Below are positions 53,981-61,225 of a DNA stretch of 64,000 nt, piece by piece. The DNA comes from Minisyncoccota bacterium. GTDB taxonomy: Bacteria > Patescibacteriota > Minisyncoccia > Phycocordibacterales > PALSA-1337. The translations under genes were made by a program, and so were the position numbers. The first letter of the stretch is position 1. Each line of letters starts with the position of its first letter. The stretch is from the NCBI GenBank assembly GCA_036170235.1, contig JAVHOW010000017.1:4143-68142 (forward strand). Reading direction: 5' to 3'. The notes under the pieces are model-generated. The model did no database searches. It was not told the origin of the DNA and saw only the letters and a list, made by a program, of their open reading frames with translations.

Positions 53981-54829
53981 ATGAACGCACTATATAATAC
54001 CCCAAAAATCATCGCGGAAATCGCCTCGTCCCATAATGGCGACATTGAGCTGGCAAAAAAGATGATCTGGGCGGCAAAAGATGCGGGTGTTGATATTGTG
54101 AAGTTCCAATCCTGGCAGAGTAAAAATGTCGACGAGTCGGATCCTGACAAAAAGCGCTACGCATCACTCGAACTTTCAGACGAGGCTCATATTATTCTCA
54201 AGAAAGAATGTGAAAAGGCTGGCGTTAAATTTATGACGACTTGCTATGATGCCGCACGCATTCCGTTTCTAAAAAAACTTGGCCTCACGTCGATAAAAGT
54301 TGCTAGTACTGATCTCAAGCACTACGCATTTTTGCAGAAACTTCGTGACAATTTTGATGAAGTCATTGCTTCGGCCGGCATGACGACTGAAGATGAGATC
54401 AAAAAAGCGCTCAAGATATTGAAAAATGGTGAGTTTACGATTATGCACTGCGTGTCGGTCTATCCATGTCCTTTGGAAAAAGCTAATCTTGGCAAGTTGG
54501 TATGGCTCAAAGAGCAAACGCCTCATGTTGGCTATTCCGATCACGTGCAAGGTGCGGTAGCAGCCATACTTACTCTTGGCATGGGTGTAAAATATATTGA
54601 AAAGCATTTTACCCTCGACCGCGAGACGCCACAGCCGGACCACACTGTCGGCAAAGGGCTGAAACCAATCACTACGCATAGTATTGCAGATGAGCCGGGC
54701 GTATTCAAGGAACTTGTTGAATGGAGGGATCGCTTTGTTACTGCTCTGGGCACGAGCAGTCTCGAACTGTTGCCTGAGGAGAAACTGACCCGCGCAAAAT
54801 ACACCGGCAGACTTGGTAATAATAGCTAA
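53981..54829 (+). CDS. neuB: NeuB-family nonulosonate synthase (no SAF domain)
   Basis: KIIAEIASSHNGDIELAKKMIWAAKDAGVDIVKFQSW and MHCVSVYPCP. Confidence 0.8.
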   Translation: MNALYNTPKIIAEIASSHNGDIELAKKMIWAAKDAGVDIVKFQSWQSKNVDESDPDKKRYASLELSDEAHIILKKECEKAGVKFMTTCYDAARIPFLKKLGLTSIKVASTDLKHYAFLQKLRDNFDEVIASAGMTTEDEIKKALKILKNGEFTIMHCVSVYPCPLEKANLGKLVWLKEQTPHVGYSDHVQGAVAAILTLGMGVKYIEKHFTLDRETPQPDHTVGKGLKPITTHSIADEPGVFKELVEWRDRFVTALGTSSLELLPEEKLTRAKYTGRLGNNS

Positions 54830-54833
54830 TTAG

Positions 54834-56042
54834 ATGTATATGAAAATCATAAAAAATAAAAACCCACAGACGCCAAAACGAAAAATTTGTTTTGTGATAA
54901 CGAGTTTTATCCATTACAGCAGAAATATGCTTGTTTTAAACGAACTCAATAAAAGAAAGGACGTTGAACTCCACGTCGTTGTCGGCGGAAGTGCACTTAT
55001 TTCAAAATATACATCAAGGTATGCACAGGTAAAATCATTACTTCAAGCTGATGGTGTCAATAATGTTCACGAAGTTTTTTTCAATCTCGAAGGAGATAGT
55101 GCTGTTGTCAAAGCCAAGACTGCAGGACTCGGTATTGTCGAGTTTGCCAACCTGTTTAGTGAAATTATGCCCGATGTGGTCATCGTCCGAGGTGACCGTT
55201 TTGAGGTGTTGGCTGCGGCGACTGCGGCGGCGTACATGAATATCACAGTTGCTCACATCGAGGGTGGAGATGTGTCAGGGACTCTTGATGAGAGTGTTCG
55301 TCATGCCATAACTAAACTTTCCCATATCCATTTTGCGACCAATGAGCCCGCAAAAAACAGAATTATTTCCATGGGTGAAAATAAAAAGTACGTTTTCAAT
55401 TTCGGCAGTCCTGATATCGAAGTGGTGCAAAAAATTAGTAAGGACGACTCGATAGATTTGAACGATACTGGAAGTGGTGCGCCTTTTGACGTTAATGCCG
55501 AATTCATTGTTGTGCTATATCATCCAGTTGCGACTGAATACACGAAACTTTCAGAGCAGACCAGGAAAGTTCTTAAAGCTGTCTATGAACTTGGTGTGCC
55601 TACCATTTGGTTTTGGCCAAATGTGGATATTGGCGCGGAAGAGATTTCGCACGAGCTACGCATTTTCAACAATGAGGTCAAGGATCACAAAATCCGCTTC
55701 ATGCGCTATTTGCCACCAAAGAAATTTATTTCGCTTCTCAATAAATCGAAGTGTCTAGTCGGTAACTCCTCTGCAGGCATCAAGGAATGTTCATATCTCG
55801 GTGTCCCTGTAGTGAATATTGGTTCCCGCCAGAAAAATCGTATGAGGAGTGCGAATGTTCTGGATGTTCAATATCATACCTCGTCGATTAAAGATGCAAT
55901 TGCAATACAGATCGGTAAAAGGAGATTTAAATCCTCAGATATGTATTTCGTAAAAGACACTGCAAAAAAAATTGCTAAAACGGTGGCGGCGATTCCACTT
56001 TATGTGCAAAAGAAATATCATGATCAAAAAACAAATGATTAA
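54834..56042 (+). CDS. neuC: UDP-N-acetylglucosamine 2-epimerase (hydrolysing), NeuC type
   Basis: VRGDRFEVLAAATAAAYMNITVAHIEGGDVSGTLDESVRHAITKLSHIHFATNE and VGNSSAGIKECSYLGVPVVNIGSRQ, collinear with SiaA/NeuC as I recall it. Confidence 0.88.
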   Translation: MYMKIIKNKNPQTPKRKICFVITSFIHYSRNMLVLNELNKRKDVELHVVVGGSALISKYTSRYAQVKSLLQADGVNNVHEVFFNLEGDSAVVKAKTAGLGIVEFANLFSEIMPDVVIVRGDRFEVLAAATAAAYMNITVAHIEGGDVSGTLDESVRHAITKLSHIHFATNEPAKNRIISMGENKKYVFNFGSPDIEVVQKISKDDSIDLNDTGSGAPFDVNAEFIVVLYHPVATEYTKLSEQTRKVLKAVYELGVPTIWFWPNVDIGAEEISHELRIFNNEVKDHKIRFMRYLPPKKFISLLNKSKCLVGNSSAGIKECSYLGVPVVNIGSRQKNRMRSANVLDVQYHTSSIKDAIAIQIGKRRFKSSDMYFVKDTAKKIAKTVAAIPLYVQKKYHDQKTND

Positions 56043-56751
56043 TATTTTATGTGTCATCACTGCTCGTGGCGGGTCGAAAGGGATACCATGCAAGAATATA
56101 AAGATGCTCGGAGACAAACCGCTTATCGCTTACAGCGTTTTGGCGGCCTCAAAAAGTAAACTCATTACTCATACTATCGTCTCCACGGATGATCCGGAAA
56201 TAGCCGAAGCGGCAAAAAAATATGGTGCAGATGTGCCATTTATGCGCCCCAAAGAAATAGCGCAAGACATGACTCCGCATGTGCCAGTCATGCAGCACGC
56301 CATCGATTTTATGGAAAAGAAACTGGGTATTGTGTTTGATTATACAGTTATTTTCCAGCCAACTTCACCATTCAGGCTGACGGAGGACATTGATGGAACT
56401 CTCAATATTCTTATTGATTCGAAGGCCGATAGTGCGGTCAGTCTTGTCAAAGCCGACTCACATGAACATCCGATCAAGATGAAAAAATTGGAGGGAACCA
56501 AAGTTGTCCCGTACTGTATCCCCGAACCAGAAGGAATCGGGCGACAAGGTCTATCTCCGGTATATCGCCGCAGTTCAGCTGTTTATGCGATGAGACGTGA
56601 TATTATTATCAAAAATAGTAAACTATTTGGTGATAATATTGTTGGATACGTTGTTCCAGAAGAAAGATCAATAGATATAGATACACCATTTGATTGGATT
56701 AAAGCAGAATATATGCTTCAGGATTTAAAAAATAAAGGATACACATGGTAG
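56020..56751 (+). CDS. neuA: acylneuraminate cytidylyltransferase (CMP-nonulosonate synthetase)
   Basis: ILCVITARGGSKGIPCKNIKMLGDKPLIAYSV and IFQPTSPFR. I chose the ATG at 56020, which overlaps the neuC end. Confidence 0.85.
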   Translation: MIKKQMINILCVITARGGSKGIPCKNIKMLGDKPLIAYSVLAASKSKLITHTIVSTDDPEIAEAAKKYGADVPFMRPKEIAQDMTPHVPVMQHAIDFMEKKLGIVFDYTVIFQPTSPFRLTEDIDGTLNILIDSKADSAVSLVKADSHEHPIKMKKLEGTKVVPYCIPEPEGIGRQGLSPVYRRSSAVYAMRRDIIIKNSKLFGDNIVGYVVPEERSIDIDTPFDWIKAEYMLQDLKNKGYTW

Positions 56752-56850
56752 TCATAGTATTGAACTCGAGGTCTAATCCATAGCACTTTCCACAACCACA
56801 TGTTATATTAGCATCTACGTTATTATTTTAATTATTTATAACTAATTTTT

Positions 56851-59232
56851 ATGAACCTACAGAAAACCTTAAGTTATATCGCCGTTGGATCTTTATTTCT
56901 CATACCTATCTTTCCACTCCTAGTCGCTAACTCGTTCTTCTTTCCATTCATCACCGGCAAGGCATTTTATTTCCGTATTCTAGTAGAGTTAGCGTTCTCA
57001 AGCTGGATCATTCTAGCTTTTCTGGATACTAAGTATCGTCCAAAATTTACCCCGCTTACGATCGGCGTAACTCTGTTTGCGGTTATTGCGTTAGTTGCAG
57101 ATCTTCTCGGAGTTGCTCCAATTCGTAGTATTTGGTCAAACTTCGAACGTATGGAAGGTTGGTTGGTAGTTGCACATCTATGGATGTTCTACATGGTTGC
57201 CGTGCACATGTTTGGGGCAGGAGAAGAGGGTAAGCGCATGTGGCATCGTTGGCTGAACATGTCACTTGGAGTTGCTTGTATTATAACTATATATGCACTT
57301 GTCCAACTTTTTGGTGGAGCGGCTATACACCAAGGTAGTACTCGTTTGGATGCGTCATTGGGTAATGCGGCATATCTAGCGGTGTATTTATTGATGCACA
57401 TTGGTATCACGATGTACTTGTTCTTTGTTGCGCGAGCAAAACAGATTGCAAATGCAGGATTTTTGCAGTTGGCTTATCCGATACTCGCAATCATTTTTAG
57501 TTTTATTGTTCTTGAAACACAAACTCGCGGTACCATCGTTGGTCTCATTGGAGCAGTTCTTCTCGCCCTTGCACTCTACGCACTCTGTGCTCGCGGAGCG
57601 ACTGCAAAGAAGTCTCGCATCATATCAGGGAGTATTATTGGAGGAATTATACTGGTGATCCTAATGTTTACAAGTATTGTATACCTACACCGAATCCCAT
57701 TAGCTTCAGTTAAGAATGAGTCTCCAATAGTGCGAGCTATAATGTATGTTGATGTGATGAGTGCGGTGTCGGGTGGTCCATCATTGATATATAGAGTTGG
57801 TAATTTTATCGACAAAAGCCCCATCCTCAATCGTATCGCGAGTATTTCTTTGAGTGATACCAAAACTCAAGCTCGTGCCTATATTTGGCCCATGGCGCTA
57901 AAAGGCGCCCTAGAACGTCCCATCCTCGGCTGGGGACAAGAGAACTTTAACTACATCTTCAACAAGGATTACAACCCAAAGATGTGGACTCAAGAACAGT
58001 GGTTCGACCGCGCACACAGCGTTTTTCTGGATTGGTTAGTGGCGTCTGGTTTTGTGGGTCTGATAGCTTATCTCGCATTGTATGTATTGGCGCTAGTTGC
58101 AATCTGGAGGTCCGACCTCAAGATTGCGCAAAAAAGTGTCTTGACTGGACTTATTGCAGGCTACGCTGTTCACAACATATTCGTGTTCGATAACTTGGCT
58201 AGTTATGTATTCTTCTTTGCCTTACTTGGTTTTACAGGTTCTCTATCTGTGTCAGCGTCATTAAAATCAAAGAAATCTGGCGTATCATCAGGCGCAGTAT
58301 TGGGTGCGTCAAGTTCATCAAAACTTTCTTTGTGGTTCGAACAGAAAACTTTCAGCAAAGATGCTGTCGAATACATCGTCGCCCCAATCGCAATCGTGGC
58401 TTTGGTTGCGGGCATCTATTTCTTGAACGTCCGTCCGATTCAAGCAAACACTCAACTGATCACTGCTCTTACCGCTTGTTCAGGTAGTGCTGGTACTGCT
58501 GACACCACATTGTTCACCAAAGCATTGCTAGTTTCACCGATTGCAAATCAAGAAATTCGCGAGCAGATCCTCTCGTGCGCAGGTAATGTCATCGGCAGTC
58601 AATATCCAGGACCAACAAAGCAGGCTTTCTTCGAGCTTGCCACAAAAGCGATTCAAGATCAGATTGCGGCCGCTCCGAAAGACGCGCGTATGTATGTTTT
58701 GGGAGGAGTATTTTTGGCTAATGTAAATCAGGCTACTCAAGCTCTGCCTATTCTCGAAAAGGCGCATGAACTTACTCCAGGCAAACAAATGGTCGCGATA
58801 CAGTTGGCTTCAATCTATATCAATACTGGCAAAACCGATGAGGCTCTGGCTCTACTCAAAACTGCATACGAATCGGATCCAAGTTATGGTGAGGCACAAT
58901 CGGCATACGTGACTGGTTTGATTATTGCAAACAAGGACGCTGAAGCTCACAGATTATTTGGGACTACAACTCCATCATTATTTGAAACAGATCGTGTAGC
59001 TCGAGCATATTTGTCAATAAAGCAATATGACAAGGCGATTGAAATATATAAGAAATTACTTGCAACGGATGATAAGAATGTGGATCTTCGCGCACAGTTA
59101 GCTCAAGCGTATTATGGGGCTGGAATGATTTGGTTGGCAGTTGATACGATGCGTGCCATAGAAAAGGATCATCCTGAATACAAAGCTCAAGTTGAGGCGG
59201 CTATCAAGCAGATTCAGGCGCCACAAAAATAG
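56851..59232 (+). CDS. O-antigen ligase/polymerase-like (Wzy_C) membrane protein with C-terminal TPR domain
   Basis: Many TM segments, ETQTRGTIVGLIGAVLLALALY (Wzy_C-type loop), and C-terminal TPR-like repeats. Confidence 0.7.
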   Translation: MNLQKTLSYIAVGSLFLIPIFPLLVANSFFFPFITGKAFYFRILVELAFSSWIILAFLDTKYRPKFTPLTIGVTLFAVIALVADLLGVAPIRSIWSNFERMEGWLVVAHLWMFYMVAVHMFGAGEEGKRMWHRWLNMSLGVACIITIYALVQLFGGAAIHQGSTRLDASLGNAAYLAVYLLMHIGITMYLFFVARAKQIANAGFLQLAYPILAIIFSFIVLETQTRGTIVGLIGAVLLALALYALCARGATAKKSRIISGSIIGGIILVILMFTSIVYLHRIPLASVKNESPIVRAIMYVDVMSAVSGGPSLIYRVGNFIDKSPILNRIASISLSDTKTQARAYIWPMALKGALERPILGWGQENFNYIFNKDYNPKMWTQEQWFDRAHSVFLDWLVASGFVGLIAYLALYVLALVAIWRSDLKIAQKSVLTGLIAGYAVHNIFVFDNLASYVFFFALLGFTGSLSVSASLKSKKSGVSSGAVLGASSSSKLSLWFEQKTFSKDAVEYIVAPIAIVALVAGIYFLNVRPIQANTQLITALTACSGSAGTADTTLFTKALLVSPIANQEIREQILSCAGNVIGSQYPGPTKQAFFELATKAIQDQIAAAPKDARMYVLGGVFLANVNQATQALPILEKAHELTPGKQMVAIQLASIYINTGKTDEALALLKTAYESDPSYGEAQSAYVTGLIIANKDAEAHRLFGTTTPSLFETDRVARAYLSIKQYDKAIEIYKKLLATDDKNVDLRAQLAQAYYGAGMIWLAVDTMRAIEKDHPEYKAQVEAAIKQIQAPQK

Positions 59233-59350
59233 TGTGGATAACTAGTTTGATTTTTCTACTTAATTGTGACATCATATTCTGGTGAGTGCTCGTGTGGGCA
59301 TTTCCAGATAATAAATGTTTCGCAAAGTCCCGCTCTCGGCGGGCTTTTGC

Positions 59351-59379
59351 GTATTCGCGTAATTTGTAGATTCGTATTA
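59351..59379. promoter_or_regulatory. 29-nt triple ATTCGT direct-repeat motif, copy 2
   Basis: gtATTCGCgtaATTTGTagATTCGTatta is 26/29 identical to 13945-13973. It lies about 140 nt upstream of murB, just after a hairpin at 59321-59351. Confidence 0.45.
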
Positions 59380-59516
59380 TACTATATTTCAGATTGTACC
59401 AAATGACGGCGACGGCTGTACTCACATAAATTTAAACATTTTATTTGGAGCTCGCACCCGTCGCCATCATTCGGCGCAAAAGTAAATATTCCATATTGTA
59501 GAATTGAAAATGGAGT

Positions 59517-60656
59517 ATGGAAATAAAGATTAGCGACTTTACTATGACTATTCAGGAACAAATACCACTTGCGTCATATACGACTTTTAAAATCGGTGGT
59601 CCAGCCAGATTTTTTTGTCAGGTATCAGATGAGGATGGATTGCGTGAAGCGGTGACTTTTGCGCATGACAAAAAATTGCGCGTATTTATTCTTGGAGGCG
59701 GGTCGAATATTTTGATGAATGATAAAGGTTTTGATGGATTGGTTATCAAGATGGAGATAATAGGATTCACGATTCAAGATTCAGGAATCACGAATAAGGG
59801 AGTAGGGAGCACGATTAACGATTCAGGAATAACGAATAACAAGGAAGCAAAAATTACGCACGGTGAAAATGTTACTGTTTCAGTTGGCGCTGGTGAGCAG
59901 TGGGACACCTTGGTTGAGCAGACCGTTGAGCGTGGTCTGTATGGCTTGGAAAATTTGTCTGCGATCCCTGGCACAGTTGGCGCGGCTCCGGTGCAGAACA
60001 TTGGTGCGTACGGTTCTGAAGCCGCCAAAGTGATTACGAATGTTCGTGCTTTTGATACAAAAACTATGAAGTTCGTTGAATTTTCTAATGCTGATTGTCA
60101 TTTTTCATATCGCGATAGCTTATTTAAGAAAGAAAAAGGTCACTATATCATCACTAGAGTTGACTTTTCATTATCAAAAAATGGCAAAGTTAATATCGGT
60201 TACAAAGATCTTGCGGATTATTTTGCGAATCTGACGAGGGTAGACCCCAGCAAGAAATTCCCAAATCTCCATGAAGTGCGCGAAGCGGTCATCAATGTTC
60301 GTTGGGGTAAATTACCAGATTGGAAATTGTGGGGAACCGCTGGTTCATTTTTCAAGAATCCGATAATTTCAGCTGACAAATTTGCAGAGCTTAAAAGTAA
60401 GTATCCTGAATTGCCAGGATTTCCAGAATCAGATGGTCGAGTAAAAATTTCACTTGGTTGGTTTTTGGATAAGGTTTGTGATGTTAAGGGTCTGCAAAAA
60501 GGGAATGTTCAGGTTTATGAAAAACAGGCGTTGGTGCTTGTTACAAAACCCGGCGCCACATCCGAAGAAGTTGTTAGTCTGGCGCATGAATTGATGAATC
60601 TGGTCAAGGAGAAAACTGGTATCGAGATTGAAGGGGAGGTGGAATGGGTGAATTAA
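59517..60656 (+). CDS. murB: UDP-N-acetylenolpyruvoylglucosamine reductase with internal repeat-bearing insertion
   Basis: PLASYTTFKIGGPARFF, ILGGGSNIL and AGSFFKNP. An insertion at about aa 85-125 contains the tandem DSGITN (DNA gattcaggaatcacgaataa at 59787-59806 and gattcaggaataacgaataa at 59820-59839, 19/20). An alternative start is at 59544. Confidence 0.85.
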   Translation: MEIKISDFTMTIQEQIPLASYTTFKIGGPARFFCQVSDEDGLREAVTFAHDKKLRVFILGGGSNILMNDKGFDGLVIKMEIIGFTIQDSGITNKGVGSTINDSGITNNKEAKITHGENVTVSVGAGEQWDTLVEQTVERGLYGLENLSAIPGTVGAAPVQNIGAYGSEAAKVITNVRAFDTKTMKFVEFSNADCHFSYRDSLFKKEKGHYIITRVDFSLSKNGKVNIGYKDLADYFANLTRVDPSKKFPNLHEVREAVINVRWGKLPDWKLWGTAGSFFKNPIISADKFAELKSKYPELPGFPESDGRVKISLGWFLDKVCDVKGLQKGNVQVYEKQALVLVTKPGATSEEVVSLAHELMNLVKEKTGIEIEGEVEWVN

Positions 60657-60658
60657 TG

Positions 60659-60692
60659 TGGAGGTGCTACCTACTGAGGTAGCACCTCCACA
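60659..60692. repeat. conserved GAGGTGnnACC / GGTnnCACCTC hairpin, copy 2 (possible murB terminator)
   Basis: A 14-bp perfect stem (gtggaggtgctacc / ggtagcacctccac) with loop tactga. No T-run follows. Confidence 0.6.
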
Positions 60693-60783
60693 ACCTCCAC
60701 AAGTCGCTAACTTTATTTAACTCGAACACATTTTTAATTAGTTGGGAACTTCACAAAACTGTTTTTTCGCCTATAATTATAGT

Positions 60784-60999
60784 ATGAAAGTATTAGATTT
60801 TACAAAAGTTGCAATAAAATACAAAGGTATGTGGGTGGCGTTGGCTGGACCACAAACAACCAAAGTTGCGGGAGCTGGAAAGACTATTGAAGAGGCATTA
60901 AAACATGCTTATGAAAAAGGATGTAAAAATCCAATATTATCTTTCATGTCTCCTAATATTACCAAGATTCACGTCGGGTGTTTTCCAATTGATATATGA
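60784..60999 (+). CDS. DUF5678-like small protein
   Basis: KYKGMWVALAG...TIEEALKHAYEKG matches the DUF5678 pattern (kYrGkWVAi...). TTCACA, 16 nt spacer, TATAAT (60772-60777) ends 6 nt before the ATG. Confidence 0.55.
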   Translation: MKVLDFTKVAIKYKGMWVALAGPQTTKVAGAGKTIEEALKHAYEKGCKNPILSFMSPNITKIHVGCFPIDI

Positions 61000-61171
61000 T
61001 CAAATTTCCCTATATGCAATATGGTCCGAATCCAAGGCCGGTGATTCCGGTCGTTATTTCTAATAAGGGCAAGAAGGTTGCTATGGTATTCTGGGGCAAC
61101 GTGGTTTTTTCGATAATTTTTTGATTAAGTTTGATCTTAGTAAAAGGGAAGTCTCGATCAAAAGGAACTAA
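60996..61171 (+). pseudogene. remnant of a retropepsin-like aspartyl protease gene (internal deletion + frameshift)
   Basis: An ATGA overlap with the upstream gene. Frame 1 gives MIKFPYMQYGPNPRPVIPVVISNKGKKVAMVFWGNVVFSIIF*. A +2 shift gives GFFDNFLIKFDLSKREVSIKRN*. These match the N- and C-terminal ends of the family, but the D(T/S)G catalytic middle is missing. Confidence 0.45.
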
Positions 61172-61225
61172 TTTTCATATCAGGGTTTTTTTATTAACTA
61201 AAATGTGTTAAAGTGCCCTCTACAT

